A DNA stretch of 57,364 nucleotides, filler included, from Sphacelaria rigidula (taxonomy: Eukaryota), in the NCBI GenBank assembly GCA_964200075.2. It is 4 parts of 4 records of this genome, joined end to end, with 100 filler letters (N's around TTAATTAATTAA, not from the genome) between each part and the next. Parts side by side here need not be neighbours in the genome. Positions count along the whole stretch, not along the records: positions 1 to 14,267 come from CAXNAA020002348.1; positions 14,368 to 28,634 come from CAXNAA020002349.1; 2 more parts are not named here. One strand, written 5' to 3'. Shown piece by piece: positions 14,115 to 25,558 of the stretch. How positions within the stretch are numbered: position 1 is the first letter of the stretch; every line of letters begins with the position of its first letter. A program made the translations under genes and the position numbers. The notes below the pieces were generated by a model. It saw only the letters and a program-made list of their open reading frames with translations. It did no database searches and was not told where the DNA came from.

Positions 14115-14267
14115 TTAACCCTTCGACGGCGAGAGTAGGTCATCTGTTGAATCGGCATCGAAATTTACTTGAAGGATCTGTGCCTAATCCAGATGGACTA
14201 CGAGCTGGGCCAGCCTAAAAACGGATTTAAGCTCTAAAAGCAATATCTCATCGACACAGACGAGTTG
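14115..14267 (+). mobile_element. Putative piggyBac-like left terminus (TTAA|CCCTT), running into the gap
   Basis: TTAACCCTTCGACGG begins exactly where the SINE homology ends. TTAA target plus CCC start is the piggyBac signature. The partner end is not visible. Confidence 0.45.
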
Positions 14268-14367
14268 NNNNNNNNNNNNNNNNNNNNNNNNNNNNNNNNN
14301 NNNNNNNNNNNTTAATTAATTAANNNNNNNNNNNNNNNNNNNNNNNNNNNNNNNNNNNNNNNNNNNN
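14268..14367. other. Assembly gap/linker (N44-TTAATTAATTAA-N44)
   Basis: Identical 100-bp spacer also at 28635-28734 and 43000-43099; TTAATTAATTAA puts stops in all six frames. Confidence 0.95.
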
Positions 14368-16669
14368 GTACCGATGATGTCATTATCATGGGGAGCCCTA
14401 TGCTAGAGGAGCTTGGCATCGACGTGTACAGTAGTTTAGGTGCCTGTGCGCGGGCGAGAAACACTTCGGTGCGTGGTGTAGCACGCCTGAATTCAAGGAT
14501 TGTCGACGTATCAACATCGCGGTTGAGGCTCTGCAGCACCAAGGTGATCGGGAGGAGCCCGTGAATCCCTCAGTCGAGCAGCTGGTGTCGCGCGGTCCGG
14601 AGATGAGTATGACCCCCGAACAAGAGCTGGCTGAGCGTAAGTTCGCGCTGGAGGAGGCGGTACTAGCAGCTGCCAATAATGGTATGTCTGAGAGCGGCGT
14701 GGGCAAGCTTCGCGAGCTTGTAAACCGCCGTGCGAATGCTTTCCGGCGAGCGCTACGTGGTGATCCGCCCGCTCGTGTCGAGCCTTTCAAGGTGACATTC
14801 AAACCTGGTGCTACGGCAGTTAAGGCTAGGCCGCGAGCATACTTTCCAGTTAACATGGCATGGTTTGCACGTTGCATGGCGACGTTGGTGGCGCTCGGGC
14901 TCATGCATCGCAGTTTGCAGGCAGTATGGGCGAGCGCGGCGGTTGCAACGCCTAAAAGGGGTGGTTTTAGACTGGTGAGTGATTACCGTGTTGTTAATAA
15001 GCAGATTGAGAAAGTGCCGACTGTGGTGCCAAACCAAGAAGCGGAGATGGCGGATTTGCTAGGGGCTGCTTGTTTTGGAAAGCTAGACATGCTGCAGGGA
15101 TACTGGCAGATGCCGTTGGCGGCAGATGCCCAAGAAATCTTCACTATTGCAACCCCTGACGCGATATTCTACGCCCGTGCCTCAACGAGTACTCAACGCT
15201 ATGGGGTATTTTCAGGGCACTATGACGAAGCTATTGACTGGACTTCCATGTAAGGTGTGGGTAGATGACATCTTGTGGTGGGGGGCAAATGAAGATGACT
15301 TGCTGTGCACGCTGAATGCGATTTTAAGCCGCCTCGAGGATGCTGGTGTTTTTGCGGCTGCACACTAGTGTATGTTTTATGATACGCAAATTACGTGGTG
15401 CGGAAAGGTTCTCTCGGGTGGACAGGTGGCTTACGACAGGGAGCAGCTGAGCGGTTTGGCGAATATGAGGCGTCTTCAAACCGCGGGCGAGTTGATGCAA
15501 TTTTTTGCAAGCGGTGAATTGGCTGCGGACGTCTCTTCCGCGCCTTGCTGAAGTGGTGGAGCCCCTTCGTCCTTTGCTCGAGGAGCATATGGTGGGCAAC
15601 GTGCGTCGTACAAAACGGGTTGCTTCAAACAGGACAATCAAGGAGGCGGCGTGGACGTTTGAGCGTGCGCAAGCTTGGACAGCGGCGCAAGATTTGGTGA
15701 CACATGCTGTTGCTCTGTCACATCCCAAGGAGGGCTATGAGGTGATGATGTTTCCAGACGCGTCGGATCTTCATTGGGGTAGTTTCGTGACCCAGGTACC
15801 GAGAGCTGAATTGGACCGCGATATAGCGGTGGAATACATGAGTCATGAGCCCCTGGGATTTCTTAGTGGGACGTTTCGAGGAGCGCAGTTGCGGTGGGCT
15901 ACGGTGGACAAGGAAGGATATGCCATCGTGAGTACGTTTCGTAGGTCGGAGTACCTTTTGTGGGGAGGAGTGACCATATTTACGGACCATTGCAATCTCG
16001 CTTATATTTTTTATCCAAAACCATGTGTGACCACATTGGCGAAAACTGCCGCCCAGCGTCTTGAACAATGGGAGACTGTACTCGGGCAGTATGATTATTC
16101 AATCAGGCATATTTCTGGCGAGCGTAACTGTTGGGGAGATCTACTGTCCCGGTGGGTGAACGTTCCACCGGTATCCGTGAGAGCCATCGCTGTTTTCGCA
16201 AGTGGAGAGCCGGATGAGACGCTACCATCGAAAGAGGCCGATCGTGGAGCCCAAGAGCAAGCCCGTGAGGGATTAGGAGGTATGGTTGATGGGGTCGAGA
16301 CATTTACTGCCGCTGTTGGGCGTGTCTTCAAAGGCGGTTAGGGTTTGTTTCGCGTGCATGTTGCAGGAAGGGATGTATTGTGGATCCCTCCGGAAGCGAG
16401 AGAACTACAAACACGCTTGATGGTATGCGCTCATATGAAAGGCGCTGGTCACCGAGGGGTTATGGCAACTCACAAGAGTATTGTTGTTGGTTCCGGATGG
16501 AGACTCATGTGACTGAGTTTGTGAAGCAATGCCTGCACTGTTTGGATTCCAAGGCGGGGGAGAAGGTCCCGCGTCCCTTCGGGGAAACGGTGCATGGTAC
16601 ACACCCAGGGGAGGTGCTACATTTTGATTTTCTCTATGTTGGCGAGAGTGCCCCCTGGGAACTGGTGGC

Positions 16670-17776
16670 TTGGACGAAGGAGACGGGTTAAAGTATGTAT
16701 TAATCATGGTGGACGATTTGTGCAACTCCGTGTGGTTGGAGCCCGCGGAGTCTTGTACGGCGGCCACGACGGTGAAGCATCTGTTGACATGGTGCAAAAC
16801 GCTGGGTTCGCCAGAGGTATGGGTCAGCGATACGGCATCGCATTTCAAGAATCGTGCAATGAGAGCGCTTGAGAAAGCGCTGAAGCTGGATCGCCGATTC
16901 GCGGTGGCTAACTCGCCATGGTCTAATGGTACCTGTGAGGGAATGATGCGTGAGATTGTTCGTACCTTGAAGGCAATGTTGCAAGAGGAAAGGCGTGATG
17001 TTCGTGAATGGGTGAGTTTGGTACCTGCAGTGCAGTGGGCATTGAACACTGCTTTCCGAGAGCGTTATGCTAGCACGCCATACCATGCTATGTTTGGCCG
17101 GGCACCGCGCACCAGTTTCTCTACTCTGGCATCGTCAACTGGGGGCGAATGGAGCGTCGATGTGCTTGACGAAGACGCTTTGAGGCGACAGGTGACGTCA
17201 ATCGTTGAGGCTCAGCAAGAGTTGCACAAGAAGGTGGCGCAGCGTGTCGACAAGAATCGCGATCTACAGAGACGTGTGGCTAGTAAGGGGAAGCTTCCTA
17301 ACTTTGTGGTGGACGATTACGTGCTGGCGGCGAGGGCGAGGCGTTCGGGAACTACGCCGAAGCTTGTGAGTACGTGGACGGGGCCTTGGCGGATGGGGAC
17401 GGCGGAACAACAACATGTGTACGGGGTACAGAAAATTGTGAATGGCGAGGTACAGGATGTGCATGTCGCCCGCCTTCGATTTTATGCGGACAAGGAGCTG
17501 AAGATTACGGCTGATGTGAAGGAGGTGTTCCAGTATGCTTTCGCACAAGGCGAGTTCGAGATGGCGGCTATTGTCGGTATATCTGAGGACGAAGCAGGAG
17601 ATGGGTTTTATGTACAAGTGGAGTGGGTCGGATTTGGCAAAGACGAAGACCCGTGGGAGCGTCTGGAAAATATTTTGGACGGAGCCCCGCAATTTGTAGA
17701 ATCTGAGCTGCGTAAGTTGGGACTAAGTAAAAAGGTGCGAGCACGTTTGCAGGCGAAGCATAGTATGAAGCTTTGA
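16670..17776 (+). pseudogene. Gypsy integrase core + chromodomain fragment (368 aa)
   Basis: Longest open pol fragment; contains the second D and the E of the DDE triad and a chromodomain. Confidence 0.9.
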
Positions 17777-18078
17777 AAATATTATGATATCGAATGCTAC
17801 TGGTTAAGACGGTACTATACTTGACACCTATGCTTTGTGTGATAATGCTTACGTGGAAGTTGCCGTTGGAGAATGGTTGACTTCCCTGAGTTCGCTTGAG
17901 ACACTGTCGTTGAGTGTTGATGTTCATGGTTGTGCACGTTATTGTTTTTGTGGAACATGACAGTACAAGGTCGTGTGTCACTACCGGGGGGACAAAGGTA
18001 GCATACGTGATAGTCGGTGTCTACTATTTTGTCAAAATCGCGTTCTACTTCGAGTAGTGTGGAGTTTTGGGGGGGTGC

Positions 18079-18358
18079 TGTAGAGTAGTCCCCCTCCAGT
18101 ACACGTACGTCCAGGTTCATGATGATCTGCAAGTGGAACAATCTGCTGTAGGCGTTTTCTATTGGTTGATGGACTTGCGGGCCTGATCGGCAGACTATGT
18201 GGATTCGAACATCACATGCTTCACGCATGTGGTTACTTCCGATAACGAAGGCTGTGTGTTTATGAATAACAACTGTCTTGAAGTCTCCAGGACCTAGTGA
18301 GGGAGGAAGCCCTTGGAGCAATCTTGTGACCTTTTTCTGAGTCTAGGAGGGCTCTATA
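18079..18358 (+). repeat. Gypsy 3' LTR (~280 bp)
   Basis: Follows a G-rich polypurine tract (18069-18075). Termini TGTAGAG...CTCTATA form an inverted pair with a CA>TA change. Copia gag reading (VVISDADANRHY) resumes right after it. Confidence 0.7.
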
Positions 18359-20153
18359 AGTTGTGATTTCAGATGCAGATGCCAATCGGCACTACATACC
18401 CCGCCTTTCAAGTGACTTCGATATCGCTCGTGGTGTATTGCGTGCTTTCGATGAAGTAACAACAGATACCCTGGAGCGCAAGGTGATGACGGCGCATGGT
18501 GAGATGGAACTGGCCAGGAGTAGGGCAGGCAGGAATCGGGATGGGGATCAGGTCCACGCGCTCGTCGCTGCCACTGGGGGTGGCAGAGGTGGGGGCGTGC
18601 TGCAAAATGGACAACAACAGGGCGGTGAGAGACGTCGACGGCAGGGTGATGTTTTTTGCCATTTTCACAACACGACCCATCATGATGATTCAGAATGCAA
18701 CGCACAACGATACATGCACGCACAAGAAAGTCGCGGTGATCGGGGTGCGTGGAATGATGTTCGCCAGCAGCAATACCATAGTGCAGACAGTTTTGGAGGT
18801 CGTGGGGTAGTGGACGCGGTAGGATTCCCACCCAATCACCGCAGCTCAATCAGCAATAACAACAGCAGCAACAACGCCAGCAACCCCAGCAACATCAGCA
18901 GCAAGCGAGACGTGGAGGACGGGGCGCAGGACGTGGATTTGGTCACAGGTACGGTGCTTCGGGGCGCGGGGGCGGGAATGCCCACCCCGGCAGCCAACTA
19001 CCGCACTTTGACCCGCCGCAAGGTGGATATGACTATTCAGGTTATCCTGATGGTTTATACCGCCCTGTAGGCAACGAACCCCCAATTCACCATGCAGACC
19101 CCCGTACACGATGCATCACATGCGACGAAGTGGGTCACATGCATACCTTTTGCCCATGGCGTAGAGTAGTGACGCCGCAAGTCGATTCGGGGGTACGTCA
19201 TGCGCATCCCACCCAGAATCAACCTCGTCACGGAGGACAGCAGCCCCCCCCTTGGACTCATTCCTACGGATCGGCCAACACCGTGCAACTTTACGGTGAC
19301 CAAGGGGGGTACGAAGAGAGCAGCCACGACGAACAACAGTGGAACGGAACGGATGAAGACGGGTGGGATTGAAAGATAGCAGCGACTTCAGCGGTGCAGA
19401 TTATGCGCACTATATCCAGTTTCCCCGCAACCCCCGGCAATCCTCTGCAGCTGCCACCAACTACCAGATCCAGTCACCACCGCAGCAAGGTGAACTTCAA
19501 CTGCAACACCCTCACCAACTACAGCAGCAACAACAACCTCATCATGCCCAACCTAATTCCAACCTGCCCTCCACCGGTTCAGTTGCATCCTCTGCGCCGC
19601 TTCACCTGTGCATGGCACACACTGTGTCCCAAGGCGAGTCACGTTTTAAGTTGGGTGATTTTACTTTGGGTATTGCTTTGCTTAACCAGAGTGGGTCAGG
19701 GCTTGATGTGGATGATGATGGTACAGAGGAGTGGAGAAGTGATTATGGTGCTTCAAACCATACCACTGGTTCAATGGTTGGTATGTTTGATTTACGCCCA
19801 CCCCCGAAAGGAAATGAACACGTGATAGTGGGGAAGGGAACAATTCTCCCTGTCAGAGCATTAGGGAGTTTGAAGCTCAAATCCCACATGGGAAATTCCA
19901 CCGCCCCGACATCTGTAGGTGCGTCCTCAGAATTTTGCGTGCAACTGACTGACATTTACGTCCTAGAAGGTATACATTTCAACCTTTCTTCTGTGCATCA
20001 AGTGCAGAAGAAGCAGGATGTACTCCTGACTGAATCAGGAGTACATATGTTTGACGGTCGGCTCCGTTTCGACCGCAATGAGCGGTCTTCGTCACAAAGG
20101 GCCACTCGTCTACCGTCAACATATGAAAAAAAACATTTGTCGTACCAGCTGTA

Positions 20154-20462
20154 GGTGTTACTGCCCCTCCCCCAAGCGCTCGTGTCCAGTCCGTTCCTCC
20201 GGCGAACGTGGTAACTTCAAGTGTTGGTTTCCGGCCCGCTTCACCAGCAAGTGTTGTAACTGCCCCTCCCCCAAGCGTTCGTGTCCAGTCCGTTCCTCCG
20301 GCGAACGTGGTAACTTCAAATGTTGGTTTTCAGTCCGCTTCACCGGCAAGCGTTGTAACCACCCCTCCCCCAAGCGTTCGTGTCCAGTCCGTTCCTCCGG
20401 CAAACGTGGTAACTTCAAATGTTGGTTTTCAGTCCGCTTCACCGACAAGCGTTGTAACTGCT
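20154..20462 (+). repeat. Tandem repeat, 3 x 99 bp (33-aa Pro/Ser/Val unit), between Copia protease and integrase
   Basis: Unit VVTAPPPSVRVQSVPPANVVTSNVGFQSASPAS; identical anchor words 99 bp apart (20162, 20261). Confidence 0.9.
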
Positions 20463-23400
20463 CCCACGAATGGTGTCGGTTCCCTCGGTGCAGTTCGAGA
20501 GCTTCACTGTCTAGACTTGAGTGTGTTCAAGGATGAAGCCCTGATGGCTGGATTTGACATGACCCCCCCCCCAAGATTTTTCGCCACGTTTTCTGAGTAA
20601 AGGAATGGAAGTTGTGACTGAAAATGGGACGGCCCTTGCTGTTCTTACCCCCAGCCCTCACCCATTTTCAGTTGGAAAACCAAAGAAAGAAGTCGACATT
20701 AATTTTTTCCACGTTTCCCTTCCCCACATTCATGGACCGTTACTCCGAGAAACTGCAAAACAACAGGGCATTTCATTGACGGGGGTACTGGCGCCATGTG
20801 CTGGGTATTTGGAAGCGAAGGGACAGAGAGCAGGTATTCCGAGAAGCCTGGGCACGAGGTCAACGACTCTACTTGGCAGGGTGCATCTCGACCTCACCGG
20901 TCCACACCCTCGTGCTTTGGGCGCATCAACCCATATGCTGGGCTGCGTCGACAGCAAGTCGCGCTTCATGATGTTTTATGGCCTCGCACGTAAGTCTGAC
21001 ACGCTGGCGAAGGTGAAACGTTTCATCGCCGACGTCAGCGCCATCGGTACCCCCGGTTGTTTTCGCATGGACAACGGGGGCGAGTTCACCTCCAACGATT
21101 TCGGTGCCTTCTGCGACGATGCAACGATTCGTCGTGAGTACACTGCCCCAGACACTCCGAAGCAGAACGCTGTGGTGGAAAACGCAATTCGGAGGGTGAT
21201 GAAGGGGGGCCACGCCGCCCGTCTCGAAGCGCGACGTCTGTTCCCGGAGTGCCGCTTCAACGACATACCTCACCTGGGGGAGAACATGGAGCGCCTATGG
21301 CTGGAGTCCGCGGTGTGGGCAGCGGACGGGTTCAATCGTTCCGCTACTACGGCGAACCGGGGAAGACTGTCGCCGTATCAAGCGTTCACCGGCAAGCGCC
21401 CGCCGCTATAGATTGTGCCGTTTCTGCAACCCGGCATGATGCGGGTCAACCGCCGAGGCAAGATGGATGCTCAGTCCTTGGCCTGCCATTACCTCAATAA
21501 TGGCAGTAACCATTCTTCATCGACGGTCAAGGTCCTGAAGGCTGCTACCGGTGCCGTCTGCTACATAACAACGTTGTCTGGATGGTACCGCGTGTGCCAC
21601 TGCAGTCGTCGGCAACGCCGATCGTCGGTGGGGAGGAGGCCCATTCCAGTACCGTCGCCGCCGCCGCCGCGCCGTCAGTAGAGCAAAATCACGGGACGCC
21701 GCTCGCCGGGGGGGGGAAGGTCCAAACGCCGCTCGTCGGAAGGGAGGAGGTTCATGGCAGCACCGCCGCCGCCGTCGCCACACCGCTGCTCCCGCCGACG
21801 TACCACACAGTGGAGTTCGAGCCGCCGCCGCCGCCGCGCCAGCCGACTCCGCCGACTCAACCGGCACTACCGCCGCCGACGCACCCGTCCACTCCGCCGA
21901 TGCATCGATCGCCGCCGACATCCCCGCCGATCTTCTCCGGCTCTTCGGCTCCGATCCCGTCCCCGATGCCGTCAGAATCTTCTTCGACTGCGTCGCGCGA
22001 TGCATCATCCGCCCCTGAAGTGATGGGCCATTCTTTCTCGCCGCTTCCAATTAACGTGAGGAAGGAGCTGGATCTGGAAACAGACCCCCGGCAGCCAGGA
22101 CGGCCGCGGTCAGGGTCGACGCAATGCAAGACAGACAAGGCTGTACTCTTGCACCACAGCTGGGGACTCATGCAGCAGTTGGATAAGCGATCTTTGCTGT
22201 CTGCTCTCCTCACGCGCGGCGTGGTTGATGCCGGGCGACAGGGCAACGATGGTGACAAAGGGGGGCGCGGGGGGATACCGATGTGACTCGCGACGAGGCT
22301 GGCGACGCGTGAAGATATAGATACCGCTTTAAGTGAGCAGCGCCCGCCGCACATCCCACCGGAACTCCCACATTGTCCAGCAAAGGATCTCAAGGTCCCC
22401 AACGGATACACGCAGGCGGTGCGCTCGGAGTACGGGGATTTATGGAGGGACTCGATGGAGCGGGAGTGGCGGGGAATTCTGGAGGCGGGGACGATAGACT
22501 CAGCGGAAGAGCAACTCGTGGACAACTAAATCGATGCAAAGTGGGTATATAGCTGGAAGGCGGACGAGTTTGGATGGCCCACGAAGATGAAGTCGAGACT
22601 AGTAGCAAGAGGAGGTATGCAGAGGGAGAACATAGATTTTGGAGAGTTGTATGCCCCCACTGTAGCAGTTTGTAGCGTACGTGTTTTGGCGACTCTGGCT
22701 TGTGAGAAAAATCTTGCGTTGCGCCATTTTGATATCGAACAAGCTTTTGTACAGTGTAAGTTGGACAAAGATGTTTTCATGCGGTTACCACTTGGTTGTG
22801 GTAGCTCATCTGGTAAAATAGTAAGACTCAACAAACGTTTGTACGGATTGAAACAGGCAAGTAGGCAGTGGCATAATCACTTGGCGGAATGTTTATTTGT
22901 TTTGGGATTTGATCAGTGCTTGGCGGATTCATGCGTGTTTCGGTTGATTGAGGATGACAGGGTGATCATCACCATTGTAGTACATGTAGATGATATATTC
23001 GCAGTGGGAGAGAAGGACAGATGTGACGAGTTTGGTAAAGATCTCAACACGATGGTTCCAGTAAAAAATCTCGAGGATTTGCGTTGGTATTCTGGACTGT
23101 ACCATGAGAGAGACATTGCGAGGGGGACTCTGAAAATTTCACAACAAACGTACGCAGAAAAGTTGGCGAAGGAATACGGAGTAGAGTGGGGAAAGAGTAT
23201 CCCCATCGCTGTTGGTGCCAAGCTTGAAGAGTTCAGAGTAGAAGAGCAGGCAACGGAATTTCCGTTTCGAGAATTGATAGGATCACTGATGTGGCTGGCA
23301 ACTAAAATGAGGCCAGACATATCTAACGCAGTACGTGCAGTAGTGAGGTACTGTGCCTCACCGAGACACCTTCATTGGCGTGCTGCGCTTGGTATTTTGG

Positions 23401-23989
23401 GGTATGTTAGGCGAACAAGTTCGCTGGGGATTTCTTTTCGCAGAGGAAGTACACAGCATGTGTGGAGGTGGATGTGTGTCTTGGTTTTCGAGGACTCAGA
23501 AGTGTGTGACGCTGTCTACAACGGGAGTAGAGTACGTTGCCATGACAGGCATTCTGAAAGAGGTATTGTTTTTGAGACAGGTTTGGCGTTTCATGTTGCC
23601 GCAGATGGGAACGCCATGCATCCCGGTGTTCGAGGATAATCAGGGAGCTATTCAGTTGGCAAAGAACCCAATCACAAACTCCAACTCCAAGCACATCGAC
23701 GTACGGCATCATTTTATCAGGGAGTTGATTGGGAGGAAAGAGGTTTCGGCTATTCACGTGAGATCGGAGTATCAACATGCAGATTTCCTCACTAAAGTGT
23801 TGCCGACAGAGTTTTTTTAGTTTCACCGTGATGTTGTTATGAACACCATGTAGAATCTGCAGACACTGGTACATTGGTTTGGATTGAGCTGGTTTGATTG
23901 GTTTTCGGGGACATTTATTAATCCCGGAAAAGTAGGGATACGAGGCCATGGTTGCAATATTTTCAATTTTGAAATGAACTATTTTTTCT

Positions 23990-24365
23990 TCGGGTACGAT
24001 CGGACTTGATCTTTTGCTGAAGACAAAATATTTTTGAATAGTTTTTGGTGTTGGATTTCGATCTTCGACGGGAACAACCGAATGTGATTTTTTGTTGAAG
24101 ACTAAATAATTTTCAATAGTTTTTGGTGTTGGATTTCGGTCTTCGACGGGTACAACCGAATTTGATTTTTTGTCGAAGACTAAATAATTTTCAATAGTTT
24201 GTGGCGTTGGATTTCGGTCTTTGACGGGTACAACCGGATTTGATTTTTTTGTTGAAGACTAAATAATTTTCAATGGTTTTTGGTGTTGGATTTCGGTCTT
24301 TGACGGGTGCAACTGGATTTGATTTACTTTGTTGCAAACGAAATATTTTTTTATGGTTTTTGGTA
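23990..24365 (+). repeat. Tandem array, ~4.5 x 78 bp, in the Copia 3' UTR
   Basis: GAAGAC anchors at 24019, 24097, 24175 and 24254; unit GAAGACTAAATAATTTTCAATAGTTTTTGGTGTTGGATTTCGGTCTTCGACGGGTACAACCGAATTTGATTTTTTGTC. Confidence 0.9.
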
Positions 24366-24586
24366 ATGGACTTGGGGTGCCACAAAAGTTGCCACAGCAA
24401 ATATCGGAAACTGGACTGGATTTCTACTTTGCGTTTGGTCAATGAATGTTTCGAATTTTGTTGAATATATATTTGAGATTTTTTTACACTTTGGGTTTGC
24501 GATTATTTGAGTGTTTGGATTCAAATTCTTTTTCAAGTACTGGTAGGACTGAGAATGGAGTAGAGTTGAGCCGTGAGTAGGAGGGT

Positions 24587-24903
24587 TAATCGAATACACT
24601 CACACTCAATGATACATGTAAGCAGGTCTGGATGCGAGGGAAATAGATATTGTGATTGGACAATGACCTATGGGTGAATGACAAGTAATGAGATACAGTT
24701 CTGATATAAAAGGTGTACCCGATTTGTTGGTTGCAGCAAGAATCTGTTGAGAGGCACACGCCCAGCCGCGTGGCTAAGGAATTAGGCTCTGACGTGTTGT
24801 TTTTCTACATGAGTAGCTCTTCACGATTGAACCCCCCCCTTTTGTTCAGTGCACTTTTCTGGGTTCTCACGTTTTGGCTGGAGAGTATAACATACATTTA
24901 ACA
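24587..24903 (+). repeat. Probable Copia 3' LTR
   Basis: Follows purine tract GAGTAGGAGGG (24575-24585), contains TATAAAA and ends ...ATTTAACA. The 5' LTR is not in the window, so the boundary is unconfirmed. Confidence 0.6.
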
Positions 24904-25399
24904 ACAAGGTAATCAATTCAACAACAGAGGTCCCACGACCTTTTCTTACACATAGACCCCAGCGCTGAGTAGGAGATTCAGCCCTTAAACTGCACACATC
25001 GTAGTGAAACAATATTCAAGACGAAAACGACTTACCAGATTAGCTCCATCACAGGCCATCCACGAACCCCACATAGAACCTTGCCTACGAGGACCCCTTA
25101 AACCTAAGCGCTGCACCCAGCACACTACGAAACTTGCGGTGTACACGGAGTCCATGTAGGTAGACAACGTGAAGAACCGATATATCGCACACCTTTCAAT
25201 TGGAAAATGGGATAAGCATGGGGCAGCAATTCCCCAATCAGGGAAACCTAGACGTTCCGATCACCACCGAGCGTGTTCAACAGTAGCGATATGAGTGCTA
25301 AACATGCTCTATCCGTGTCCACCCTTGAGTGCATCACGTTCTTCACACAAGGGTAAATACGCATCAAGACAAAAAATGGGGTATTACTTGGGTCATGTG

Positions 25400-25558
25400 C
25401 GTAATACGTGAGAGGACCGCGTGCTTAGAGGACCGCATCGTAATTTGAACATCCATATAGTTAGGGTTAGGGTCAGCGTGAATGTGAAAAACGTCGATTC
25501 TGAGGTGTTTCGAATTACGATGCAGTCCTCTAAGCACGCGGTCCTCTCACGTATTACA
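25400..25558. mobile_element. MITE with ~50-bp TIRs and internal TTAGGG repeats
   Basis: (C/T)GTAATACGTGAGAGGACCGCGTGCTTAGAGGAC...GTCCTCTAAGCACGCGGTCCTCTCACGTATTACA; flanks ATGTG/ATGCG are a probable 5-bp TSD; centre GTTAGGGTTAGGG. Confidence 0.85.

Larger units (their letters stand above)
14368..18358 (+). mobile_element. Decayed Ty3/Gypsy LTR retrotransposon with C-terminal chromodomain (5' part lost in the gap)
   Basis: Domain order RT-RNaseH-IN-chromo. RT: FRLVSDYR, KLDMLQGYWQMPL, KVWVDDILWW. RNase H: FPDASD, DKEGYAIV, FTDHCNL, NCWGDLLSRW. IN: zinc finger C..C, HFDFLYV, VSDTASHF, PWSNGTCE. Chromodomain FEMAAIVG..FYVQVEWVGFGKDEDPWERLENI, stop at 17776. Several frameshifts and stops (e.g. 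~15170, 15366, 16341). Confidence 0.95.
18359..24903 (+). mobile_element. Decayed Ty1/Copia LTR retrotransposon (5' end displaced by the Gypsy insertion)
   Basis: Domain order gag-PR-IN-RT-RH. Gag knuckle CHFHNTTHHDDSEC; protease EEWRSDYGASNHTTG (~19725); integrase RVHLDLTGP, RMDNGGEF, TPKQNAVVE (20605-21500); RT KSRLVARG, HFDIEQAF, LYGLKQASRQW, VVHVDD (22530-23440); RNase H TLSTTGVEYVA, FEDNQGAI, SKHIDVRHHFIRE, QHADFLTK (23460-23850). It has many stops and a deletion at the RT/RH junction. Confidence 0.95.

Noticed and set aside
14268-14367. TTAATTAATTAA motif centred in N runs (three occurrences)
   Set aside because: Identical artificial scaffold linker with six-frame stops; not biological. 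Adjacency across these gaps is not trustworthy.
18161-18340. Copia PBS and gag start (ATTGGTTGATGG)
   Set aside because: Lies inside the segment bounded by the Gypsy PPT and TGTAGAG..CTCTATA, so it is better explained as Gypsy LTR.
21517-22525. Long minus-strand ORFs over the Copia and Gypsy internal regions
   Set aside because: Antisense shadows of GC-rich pol sequence.
23990-24365. CRISPR-like periodicity
   Set aside because: Whole units repeat with no unique spacers, there are no cas genes, and the context is a eukaryotic retrotransposon.
24985-25167. KDZ/CACTA transposase-like reading (WMACDGANL) on the minus strand
   Set aside because: Only a short, weak resemblance with no supporting downstream catalytic motifs; kept only as an alternative to the viral interpretation.
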